Part shown: positions 17,533 through 25,695 of the stretch, in pieces | Position numbering within the stretch: the first letter of the stretch is position 1 | Layout of the letters: each line of letters begins with the position of its first letter | Source: an uncultured Clostridia bacterium | Lineage (GTDB): Bacteria; Bacillota; Clostridia; Oscillospirales; Butyricicoccaceae | DNA: 64,000 bases | NCBI GenBank assembly: GCA_910586575.1 | Contig: CAJUJQ010000001.1 | Location: forward strand, 11,947-75,946 | Direction: 5' to 3' | Translations under genes and position numbers: made by a program | Notes under the pieces: model-generated | Seen by the model: the letters and a program-made list of their open reading frames with translations, nothing else | Told to the model about the DNA's origin: nothing | Databases searched by the model: none

Positions 17533-17559
17533 ATATCGACATTTTTACGGAAAAAGTAA
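17533..17559 (-). promoter_or_regulatory. Candidate sigma-28 (FliA/SigD)-type promoter upstream of fliD
   Basis: Minus strand reads TTAC-N15-GTCGATAT. The same architecture (TTAC-N15-GTCGATAA) occurs upstream of cheA. The -10 resembles the GCCGATAA/T consensus. Confidence 0.4.
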
Positions 17560-17644
17560 ACGCCCCATTAAAATTTTTTCAGGTATGGAAGCCCGCGCCG
17601 CAGGCCGAAGCTTCCGAAAGGTTCAGGAAAGAGGTGCTCTGAAA

Positions 17645-18028
17645 ATGACAAATGAAAATGTACTGTCCGAACAGATCAAGGGCTCATTGGAGCAGGCGCT
17701 CCAGGCTGCGGCGGACGAAGCCGACGTTTCCTATCTCAACGTCATGCAGGCGCTGGTAGAGGACAAAGCCGATAAATATATCAAGACCGCCGGCGTGTGC
17801 CCCTGCCCGCGCTGCCGGATTGACGTAATTGCGCTGACGCTGAGCAAGCTGCCCTCGAAATACGTCGTGTTACAGCGCTCGGACACCGTGCCAATGCTTT
17901 CGGTTTACGAGAACCGCTACAGCGCCAACGTGCTTTCCCAGCTGATGGCCGCCTGTGAAATCGTCAAAAAGCATCCGCGCCACGGTACCGAGGATGAACC
18001 TTCCCGCGGTATCGCCTTTGTGCGCTGA
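17645..18028 (+). CDS. ComFB-like (late competence development protein ComFB family) small Cys-motif protein
   Basis: 127 aa starting at ATG 17645 behind GAAAGAGGTG. Signature ...TAGVCPCPRCRIDVIALTLSKLPSKYVV... is typical of the ComFB fold. Confidence 0.65.
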   Translation: MTNENVLSEQIKGSLEQALQAAADEADVSYLNVMQALVEDKADKYIKTAGVCPCPRCRIDVIALTLSKLPSKYVVLQRSDTVPMLSVYENRYSANVLSQLMAACEIVKKHPRHGTEDEPSRGIAFVR

Positions 18029-18116
18029 CTCCTTTTGTGCCGCCCCCGTCAGGGGGCGGTTTTTTTTCGCCTTCTCTTCCCGTCACGGAAAATGAGCTTT
18101 GCCGCAGAAGCCTTGT

Positions 18117-18330
18117 TATACTCGTGTGCGTTAAAGTTTGCCGTTCGGTTCGCCTGCGCGGCAGGCGGTCCTGCGCGGACAGCGCCAGAGGGACTCATCC
18201 CTCTGGACTCCCTTTCTCCGCTGCGGCGGGAATTGGAGCGGCAATCATCGTTGCTGCACCTTGCCCTGCCCGCCAAACGGATGGCGGGCAGGGTGGGTGA
18301 ATACGGCAAATCTTTTCATTCGCGAGTATA
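18117..18330. mobile_element. MITE-like repeat, family A, copy 1 (214 bp)
   Basis: Termini TATACTCGTG...CGCGAGTATA form inverted repeats matching 9/10. Essentially identical to 47000..47196 except for a 17-bp indel (GCAGGCGGTCCTGCGCG). Internal hairpins CCAGAGGGA-CTC-ATCCCTCTGG and CTGCCCGCC-N8-GGCGGGCAG. Confidence 0.7.
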
Positions 18331-18380
18331 GGATGGGCCGCTTGCCCCTCCCGCACAAAACGGCAGCAACAAAAAACCGT

Positions 18381-18614
18381 TCAGCCGTCCTTCTTCGGGA
18401 ACAGCACCTTGAGCAGCGCTTCAGGCGCGGCCTGCTCCCGCGCCGCGTCGCGGTTGACATCCATCGCGCTTACCAGCTCCTCGCGCAGTACGGGGATTTC
18501 ACGCGGGGCCTCAATGGCCAAGCGCGCTCCGCCCTCATCGACCCCAATCACCGTAATCCGGATATTGTCGCCAATGTGCAGCGCTTCGCCCGCCTTCCTG
18601 CGCAGGATCAGCAT
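18381..18614 (-). CDS. csrA: Carbon storage regulator CsrA (flagellin translation repressor type)
   Basis: 77 aa. MLILRRKAGEALHIGDNIRITVIGVDEGGARLAIEAPREIPVLREEL. Overlaps the fliW stop. Confidence 0.9.
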   Translation of the reverse strand: MLILRRKAGEALHIGDNIRITVIGVDEGGARLAIEAPREIPVLREELVSAMDVNRDAAREQAAPEALLKVLFPKKDG

Positions 18615-19057
18615 GGCGCACCTCCAAATTCCGACAGCTTGTGGCGCATCCCATATTCCCCGCCTTCCAGGATGACCTGTTCCGCCCGCCGCGTTTCATC
18701 GTTGATGACAACCGGACACTTCAGGTTCAGGGTGCTGTCCGATACCGGCTCACGCACCACGCACATCACATAATAGCACAGCTCCCGGCTGTCCGATACG
18801 CCCAGCCGTTCCAGCTCGTTCGGCTGGAGCATGGGCGCGTAAGCGGGGGTCACTGAGAAGGGGTTCATCACCACGAACGCAAGCGCCTCGTTTTCCACAC
18901 TTTGCAGGCAAAGCAGTGTGGACTCGCTGCCCTCGAAGGGCAGCAGCACGAACTTCTTTTCTTCCTCAAAGGCAAACAGCCCGGCGGGGAAGTCGAGGAC
19001 CTCATCGTCCCCGACCTCTATCTCGCCAAAATACTTGGTTTTTAAGATCAAGTCCAC
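18608..19057 (-). CDS. fliW: Flagellar assembly factor FliW
   Basis: 149 aa. FPAGLFAFEEEKKFVLLP...LCLQSVENEALAFVVMNPF is typical of FliW. Lies adjacent to csrA. Confidence 0.9.
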   Translation of the reverse strand: MDLILKTKYFGEIEVGDDEVLDFPAGLFAFEEEKKFVLLPFEGSESTLLCLQSVENEALAFVVMNPFSVTPAYAPMLQPNELERLGVSDSRELCYYVMCVVREPVSDSTLNLKCPVVINDETRRAEQVILEGGEYGMRHKLSEFGGAPC

Positions 19058-19072
19058 ACCTCCGGTATCTGG

Positions 19073-19690
19073 TTACGCCTGGATATCGACCGGCTTATAG
19101 TTCGGGTCGGCAGACGGCGGCACATAAATTGCCCCGCCAACGTACTTAATAATCACATCGGGCATCTGCGCCACCGAAATCTCGATATCACCCGGCACAA
19201 ACTCAAAGCTTGCGCCGTCAATCTTCCAATCGAAATTCAGCTTATCCATCTCATAGCGGATCTGCATTTCCCCGCCTTCCCAGTCGAGTTCTACGCCGCC
19301 CTTCGGCAAAAAGTCAAGCCCTACGTTCACTTCCATCTCCTCCTGCATCGGCTCGGCGGCGAACTGGGTGACCAGCTCTTCGCCGACCTTGGCATTAAGC
19401 AGCAGCTGCCCATGGCGCGCATAGGTTGCCGTCGCCTCATATGCCGCCTGCCTGCCTGCCTGCGCAGCCTGCACAACGCTGCGAATCGGGGTCGGCGAAA
19501 GCGAATTGCGCGCCTCAAAGGTATCCATCTGCACCTTGATTGGCCTGCTCTTAATGTTCAATCCCCCATCGTCACGGCTGATTTCCATTTCGGCCGTCCC
19601 CCGTTTGTACTCCAACCGGGCGTTTGTTGTTTTCATTTCGAGCTCAATCGGGACGGTCTTGATTTCAATCAAGGGATACATGGTCTTCAC
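19073..19690 (-). CDS. YviE-like conserved flagellar-locus protein (DUF6470-like)
   Basis: 205 aa between flgL and fliW, the position of yviE in B. subtilis. The assignment rests mainly on synteny. Confidence 0.5.
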   Translation of the reverse strand: MKTMYPLIEIKTVPIELEMKTTNARLEYKRGTAEMEISRDDGGLNIKSRPIKVQMDTFEARNSLSPTPIRSVVQAAQAGRQAAYEATATYARHGQLLLNAKVGEELVTQFAAEPMQEEMEVNVGLDFLPKGGVELDWEGGEMQIRYEMDKLNFDWKIDGASFEFVPGDIEISVAQMPDVIIKYVGGAIYVPPSADPNYKPVDIQA

Positions 19691-19740
19691 TCCTTTATAA
19701 AATATCCCACCAGAATTTATTTATGTGATGTCTTTTTTTG

Positions 19741-20916
19741 TCAGTTCATATAATCAATCAACGACTGTGACAGGATCGAGTTGCCAATCTTCAGCCCTGC
19801 GTTATAGCAGTACTGCGCCCATGAAAGCGCGGTAATCGCCTGCACCGGGTCGATGTCCTCGACCTCGTTAATGCGCTTTTCCAGCTCGTCGCGCTCGGTC
19901 GTCAGGCGCTTTTCGTTGGCGGTCAGGAATTTCGACTTGGTTGTAAGCTCGGTGAATTCCACGTGCATCTTGTCAACCGCAGTTTCCAGCTTCCGGGTCA
20001 GGTTGAACATCCGGTCATACTCCGGGGTGCCCTCGGGGAAGCTGCCGTCCTTATCGCTGGTGCTGATGAGCATGTTGCCGCCTTCCAGCATCAGGGACAC
20101 CACGTTCTTGGGGTCGCCGTTCTCGTCATAACCGAAATCCAGGAATTCCAGCCCGTTCAGCGCCGAATTGTATACGGTGGACGAGTTCGGCGTGCCGTCC
20201 GGGTTCTCCTCCATGCCAAGGCCGATGTCCACATAGGTGGTCTCCTTCAGCATCTCCTGAAGCTTCTGATACGCCGGGTTATCGACCATAATCGGTTCCC
20301 CGTTTGCGTCCAGCACCTCGCGGCCCTGCTCGTCGAGCTGGACAATCTTCGCGGGCTGGTTCACCGGGATGCCGCGGTAGCACAGCTGGTCCTGTTCGAC
20401 AGGGTTGCCCTCGCCGTCCACCGCGACTCTGCCGTCCGCACCCATCACCTGGCACTTTTTAATCTCAAAGGGGGCGTTCTTCCCATCCGCCCCGGCAAAG
20501 AGGTAGCGCCCGGCGTACTTCGCGTTCATAGACTCCACAACCGACGAAGCGCATTCCAGCGTGGACTGCCCCAGCGCCTTACGGCCGGAAGCGTCCGGGT
20601 CATTCAGCGCGCGGATCCAGGTGTCCTTCGTCGTATACTCAACCACGTCGTTCTGTACCAGGTCATAGGTCGAATACGCCTGCGAAAAGGTGCTCGCAAC
20701 CTCGTTGTTATTGCGGATGTGGGAGCTGGTCTGCCAGAAATCGCGCCGCAGCTTGAACGCCAGCGTCGCGGAGGAAGGATCCTCCGCGTAGCTGAGGAAA
20801 TTGCGCTGGGTCTGTACCTTTTCGCTCGCAATCCCAAGCGTTTTATAGGAATTCTGCAGGTTTTTGCGATAGCCGTGGAGCATACCGTTTGTCGTCAAAC
20901 GATACATTGTCGTCAT
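19741..20916 (-). CDS. flgL: Flagellar hook-associated protein 3 FlgL
   Basis: 391 aa. Flagellin-like N-terminus (RLTTNGMLHGYRKNLQNS) and C-terminus (AITALSWAQYCYNAGLKIGNSILSQSLIDYM). Follows flgK. Confidence 0.85.
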   Translation of the reverse strand: MTTMYRLTTNGMLHGYRKNLQNSYKTLGIASEKVQTQRNFLSYAEDPSSATLAFKLRRDFWQTSSHIRNNNEVASTFSQAYSTYDLVQNDVVEYTTKDTWIRALNDPDASGRKALGQSTLECASSVVESMNAKYAGRYLFAGADGKNAPFEIKKCQVMGADGRVAVDGEGNPVEQDQLCYRGIPVNQPAKIVQLDEQGREVLDANGEPIMVDNPAYQKLQEMLKETTYVDIGLGMEENPDGTPNSSTVYNSALNGLEFLDFGYDENGDPKNVVSLMLEGGNMLISTSDKDGSFPEGTPEYDRMFNLTRKLETAVDKMHVEFTELTTKSKFLTANEKRLTTERDELEKRINEVEDIDPVQAITALSWAQYCYNAGLKIGNSILSQSLIDYMN

Positions 20917-20934
20917 GTCTCAATTTCCTCCTTA

Positions 20935-23900
20935 TCAGATAGCCGTGCCGTTGATGAGCTTGTCGATCATCTCATCAAGCGTGGTCAGGTAGCGGCACGC
21001 GGCCGAGTAAGATTTGTTGTACTGCATCATGGAGATGGCCTCATCGTTCAGGTCCACGCCGGAAACGCTGTCGCGGTCCACCTCAATCTCGACCAGCGAC
21101 GCGGTGTCGTTGGCAAGGCGCTGCTGTGTCTCGCTGGTATCCTGGCCAAGCGTTGAATCGACTTTGGTCAGCATATCGGCAAAGGTGCCCTTGAAATAAT
21201 CCACATCCGAGTTGCCGTCCACGTTGCCCGGTTTGAATGCATCGTCCATATCGCTGAGCTTATAGGTGAAATTGTTGTCCTTGACAATCGAGACCATATG
21301 GCGGATATTGCTGTTCGCGGTGCTCTGGTCCAGTTCGCTGTCCTCGCGGCTCTGCATCACGTGCACCGAGTTGTTGCTCCAGCTGTGCGAAATCGAGATG
21401 TTCTTCGCGGTGATATTTGTCGGGTCGTCGTTGTCGCCGCTGTTGCTGAACAGCACGCCGCCCTTGTACTGCTCGCGCACCGTGCGGATGTCGCCGGTAA
21501 TAACGCGCTTGTCACCAATTACGAAGCGCTGGTCGCCTTCCACAGCGCGGCGGTAAACCTTTACATAAGGATCAGCTGTCACTGTACGGCGGTCACCCGC
21601 TACAACGCGCATATCGCCTGTCACGACACGTTTCGCCAAGTCCTCTTCCGGCGTATTGCCAACCTCGCCAATCCGGTCGCCGTTAGAATCCAGATAGTAC
21701 TCCTTACCATCATCACCGGTTTCCGTCTTGTAAGTTTTATAGCCGCCGTCATCGGGGTTTGGCGTAAGCGCATTCCCGTCTTTATCCACAAACACCGTCG
21801 GGTCGTTGGGGTCGGTCTGATAGATATTGTAGGTACCGTCAGCGTCCGGCTTGATGACCGTGCCGTTGGCATCGACATACTCATTGTCCGCGTTCCGCAA
21901 GAAATAAGTGCCGTCATCATTTTTCACAATAACATTGCCGTTCTTGTCAACCTCGCGCCCGTAAGCATCCGTCTTGTTGCCGGTATACGTGCCGTCCGCG
22001 TTCGGCTTGATCTCCCGCCCCTGGGTGTCGTAATACTTACCGTCCTCATCCTTCAGCGAATAGGTGCCGTCCTTATTATCCACAATGATATGACCATATT
22101 TATCCAGATAATCACCGGCATCGTTTTTGCTGAACACGGTATAACCGTCTACCGGATCCGGGGTAATCACTTTACCATCATTATCGATGTAGATGGGGTT
22201 GCCATTCGCATCTGTCGCAGTCGTGCCGTCCGGATTCTTTTGCGTCTGGAAGGTCTTGTATACGGTAAAGTCGCTTTCATTGACCGGCGTACCGTTCGGC
22301 TTAACCTCATTGCCATCGGCGTCTACGTAAGTGTAGCCCGTAATCACACGCGGGTCGCCCTGCGCACGGCGGTCAGCCACCACAACACGCGGGTCGCCCT
22401 TCTCGACACATTTCGCCAGGTTATCCGCCGTCAATTTCTCGCCAACCTTGCTAATCGGGTTGCCGTCTTTGTCTACATAATATTGTGCGCCATTATCGTT
22501 TGGATTCGGAGCGGTCTTGTAGGTCATGTACGAATCACTGTCCGGATTCTTTTCCACAACCTTGCCGTCCTTATCCGTAAATTTCCCATCTGCATTCACC
22601 TGATATGTATATGTACCGCTGGGATCTGCCTGGATGGGATCTCCCGCCGTATCAACATATGCGCCGTTCTTGTCTTGTATAAAGAACGTCCCGTCCTCGT
22701 TCTGCACAATCACGTTGCCGTTCTTATCAACATACTGACCGGCGGCATTTGTCAAATACGCCCTGTCTCCGGAGGTCATGTAATAGTTTTGCGGATTGAC
22801 GATATAACTGCCGTCCGGGTTGCGTTTCAGGTCGCCGTTCGCGTCCTCAAGCGAGTTGGCGTCATTAAGTGTCTCGGCAAACTTGCGCGCCATCGCGTCC
22901 CAAATCTTCTGATAATACGGGATGCCGCGTTTGCTGGTGGCGCACTTGTCTCGGATGATATCTTCGCTGGAAGCGAACTCGCCTTCTTCGGTCAGCATCT
23001 CGCGGGTTGCCTGAAGCGCGCCGAACAAATCGGTATCGGTCAGCTCCGTTTCGATATTGTCCGGGTCGGGCACCGGGGTAATGCCGTTGGAGACCAGCCG
23101 GATCCCCTGCTGCGCCGGGAATTCATTGGTCGAAAGCGGGCCGGGGCGCTCGGTCGTAAAAATCAGCTGCGTCCCATCCGCGCTGAGGGTGGCATAATCC
23201 GGGTCGATATCCGGGTCGGCGTTGTAAATGTCGCGGAACGCTGCCAGCTGCTGCTCCCGCGTCATATTTTCGGCGTTCTTGATAAATACTGAATAGCCGT
23301 TAATGTTCAGGTTGCCCGCGGTTTCCAGCGGTTTCCCATCGAACTTCATTTCGGTACCGTCCAAGTACGCACGGTTCGGCGAATTTTTCGGATCGCTGTT
23401 ATAGGCATCCATGAATTTCTTCAGCTGGTCAGCCAGCGGGTCGGCTGCTGTCGGATCAACCTTGATTGCCGCCGTGTAGCCGCCAATCGTCAGGTCGCCA
23501 TCCGCAGTCAGCGGAGTGACTGCCGTGGTATCCACCGCAGCCGGGGGTGTCGGGGTCGGTGTGGACTCCGACGCGGTAAAGATGACGCTGTTCTTTTCCA
23601 GGCTGATTGCCGCGCGGAACTTCGTGTTCGCCGGATCGGTATTGTACGCCTTGCAGAACTCGCGCAGCTGCATCTCGACGTTTTCAGCATCGGATTTGGC
23701 GGGGTCCGGGGCGCTGACCTGCGCGGTATAATCGCCAATCGTCAGCGTGCCGCCGCCCGCCTGGGGCTTCTCCATAACCGGGTCACTGGCAAACACCGCC
23801 GGTTTGCCGTCCACCAGCATCTTGGGCTTGCCCCTCACATCGCGCAGCGCGTCGAGCGTCACATCAAACAGCCCTTTGCACTCCGGCTCCGGGTGTTTCT

Positions 23901-24756
23901 CGGGCACGTTGACATCGGGAACGATGAGCTGTGTCGCCCATTTGCCGTCCACCAGCAGCATACCGTCATGGTTCAGGGTGCTTTCGTCCGCGCTGTCCAG
24001 CCGGATGGTCAGCTTTTCAACCAGCACGCCGCAGCCGACGTCCTCTTCCTCGTAAATCACGTTAATGCGGATAAACTTGGAAAGCTCATCAATTTTCAGG
24101 TTGCGGGTGTCGCGCAGCTCCAGCGCGTTGCTGCCGTGGATTTCCGCCTTGCGGATAGAATTGTTCAGGCTGCGGATATCGCTGAGCAGCCCGTTGACGG
24201 TCTTGACATCGGCTTGCAGCTGGTCCTTTGTATTCTTGTACAAATCCTCCAGCTTGCCCGCGTAGGTATTAAAATCGCTCAGCACTTGGGAAACCGAACC
24301 TTTGAATACGGTATCAAACGTATCCTCACCGGCGCCCGACGTATTATAATGGGTCAGCTGCTCAATCAACTCCTGAAAGTCGGCCTCGAAAATGCCTTCG
24401 TCGCCTTCGCCCTTGCCGACCTCGTCAAAAATCTGGGACAAGCCGTTCAGGCCGTCCAGTGTTTTTTCGTCCTTGCCGACCCGGGAATTCCCCGTGCGGT
24501 AGCGGATATCCAAATACGGGCTGCGAATCTGGGAAACGCCGGTCACCAGCACGCCGGAACCGATTTTCGGATCCCATTTAGAGGCGTAACGGTCCGCGCC
24601 GCCGACGTATAAGCTCGTCTGGTCAAGCGTCTGACGGGTATAACCCTTGGTATTGATATTCGTGATGTTATTGCCGGTTACCTGCATAGCCTTGTGGGAC
24701 GCGTAAATACCGAGCTTTGCCATCGTAAACGCACCAAAGGTCGAAACTGTACTCAT
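20935..24756 (-). CDS. flgK: Flagellar hook-associated protein 1 FlgK, giant form (1273 aa) with repeat insertions
   Basis: N-terminal rod/hook motif (GIYASHKAMQVTGNNITNINTKGYTRQ) and C-terminal FlgK motif (VSGVDLNDEAISMMQYNKSYSAACRYLTTLDEMIDKLI). Residues 336-536 and 640-1100 are repeat-rich insertions. Confidence 0.9.
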   Translation of the reverse strand: MSTVSTFGAFTMAKLGIYASHKAMQVTGNNITNINTKGYTRQTLDQTSLYVGGADRYASKWDPKIGSGVLVTGVSQIRSPYLDIRYRTGNSRVGKDEKTLDGLNGLSQIFDEVGKGEGDEGIFEADFQELIEQLTHYNTSGAGEDTFDTVFKGSVSQVLSDFNTYAGKLEDLYKNTKDQLQADVKTVNGLLSDIRSLNNSIRKAEIHGSNALELRDTRNLKIDELSKFIRINVIYEEEDVGCGVLVEKLTIRLDSADESTLNHDGMLLVDGKWATQLIVPDVNVPEKHPEPECKGLFDVTLDALRDVRGKPKMLVDGKPAVFASDPVMEKPQAGGGTLTIGDYTAQVSAPDPAKSDAENVEMQLREFCKAYNTDPANTKFRAAISLEKNSVIFTASESTPTPTPPAAVDTTAVTPLTADGDLTIGGYTAAIKVDPTAADPLADQLKKFMDAYNSDPKNSPNRAYLDGTEMKFDGKPLETAGNLNINGYSVFIKNAENMTREQQLAAFRDIYNADPDIDPDYATLSADGTQLIFTTERPGPLSTNEFPAQQGIRLVSNGITPVPDPDNIETELTDTDLFGALQATREMLTEEGEFASSEDIIRDKCATSKRGIPYYQKIWDAMARKFAETLNDANSLEDANGDLKRNPDGSYIVNPQNYYMTSGDRAYLTNAAGQYVDKNGNVIVQNEDGTFFIQDKNGAYVDTAGDPIQADPSGTYTYQVNADGKFTDKDGKVVEKNPDSDSYMTYKTAPNPNDNGAQYYVDKDGNPISKVGEKLTADNLAKCVEKGDPRVVVADRRAQGDPRVITGYTYVDADGNEVKPNGTPVNESDFTVYKTFQTQKNPDGTTATDANGNPIYIDNDGKVITPDPVDGYTVFSKNDAGDYLDKYGHIIVDNKDGTYSLKDEDGKYYDTQGREIKPNADGTYTGNKTDAYGREVDKNGNVIVKNDDGTYFLRNADNEYVDANGTVIKPDADGTYNIYQTDPNDPTVFVDKDGNALTPNPDDGGYKTYKTETGDDGKEYYLDSNGDRIGEVGNTPEEDLAKRVVTGDMRVVAGDRRTVTADPYVKVYRRAVEGDQRFVIGDKRVITGDIRTVREQYKGGVLFSNSGDNDDPTNITAKNISISHSWSNNSVHVMQSREDSELDQSTANSNIRHMVSIVKDNNFTYKLSDMDDAFKPGNVDGNSDVDYFKGTFADMLTKVDSTLGQDTSETQQRLANDTASLVEIEVDRDSVSGVDLNDEAISMMQYNKSYSAACRYLTTLDEMIDKLINGTAI

Positions 24757-24857
24757 AGTAAAACCACTTCCTTTTGAACTATAATTTCTGAACTGCTCTT
24801 CCTATTCATCCATATCCAAAACTTTTTCAAACGATACTGATTTTTACACAGCCGCGC

Positions 24858-25349
24858 TTACGCCTTGAAGTCCGCGCCGTGACCGCCGACGGGAGGCTCT
24901 TCCGCTTCCCGCTGGCGGGGGTGTGCCGCCGGTCGTGCCTGCGGCGCCTCCTGCTTGGCTGCGGCCAGCATCCGGTCCACCTGGTGCAGCACCCGTTCAA
25001 GCGCTGAACGCGCCGCGCCGGATGCCGACCGATAGGTTTCGTAAGCCGCGGTTAAGTCGTTCGCGACCGCGACCGTCTCCATGCGCAAAGCGTCCGGCGC
25101 GTGTGCCACCAGGCCGCTCAGCGGGATCGATTTCAGCCCCATCGCCGCCAGCGCATTCTCGCGCCGCTGCTCCTGGCCGCGAAGCGACAGGCTCAGCACC
25201 TGCTCCTGCCGGATGCAGTCGTCCACACCCTTTACATTGTCCGCGCGGACATCGGCCAGCTTGCGCTGCTCCAAATCGGTCAGCTGACGGATAATCTTAG
25301 CCTCTTCCCGTAAAATCTTCAAATATGCCTCAAACAACGCTTGATCCAT
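24858..25349 (-). CDS. flgN: FlgN-like export chaperone for FlgK/FlgL
   Basis: 163 aa, helical. LKILREEAKIIRQLTDLEQRKLADV is FlgN-like. Sits between flgM and flgK. Confidence 0.65.
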   Translation of the reverse strand: MDQALFEAYLKILREEAKIIRQLTDLEQRKLADVRADNVKGVDDCIRQEQVLSLSLRGQEQRRENALAAMGLKSIPLSGLVAHAPDALRMETVAVANDLTAAYETYRSASGAARSALERVLHQVDRMLAAAKQEAPQARPAAHPRQREAEEPPVGGHGADFKA

Positions 25350-25358
25350 GTCTTTTTC

Positions 25359-25643
25359 CTATGCCTCCCAGACGAACAGCAGGCTGCGCGCGATCGCATG
25401 GGGGTCTACCTGGTATTCCCCCGCGCCAACCTGCTCCCGCAGCGCCGCAACCGTGCCCGTCGTCGTCGCCGCCGCACGCACCTCCTGGGAGAGCTTGCCA
25501 ACCAGCTGTTTCTGGAACGAATTCTCACGCACGACCACCTGGTCAAATTTCCGTTCGGGTTCCGCGAACACCGATGTCCTCTGCCGGGGCTGCTGAAGCT
25601 GCCCCGCGCACCCTATCTGGCCCACACTCCCTGTGATCCTCAT
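25359..25643 (-). CDS. flgM: Anti-sigma-28 factor FlgM
   Basis: 94 aa from ATG 25643, behind AAAGGAGG. The C-terminal VAALREQVGAGEYQVDPHAIARSLL matches the FlgM sigma-28-binding region. Confidence 0.75.
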   Translation of the reverse strand: MRITGSVGQIGCAGQLQQPRQRTSVFAEPERKFDQVVVRENSFQKQLVGKLSQEVRAAATTTGTVAALREQVGAGEYQVDPHAIARSLLFVWEA

Positions 25644-25695
25644 CCGAACCGCGCCCTCCTTTCTTAGACCTGTCCGGACGGGGCCGCTTTTCGCC

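Noticed and set aside
18035-18331. ORFs 18035..18331, 18037..18300, 18049..18309 and 47007..47261, which share peptide strings such as CVKVCRSVRLRG and look like a duplicated small gene.
   Set aside because: The similarity is a consequence of MITE-like repeat family A (18117..18330 and 47000..47196). The reading frames differ between copies because of the 17-bp indel, there is no SD, and the sequence is dominated by hairpins.
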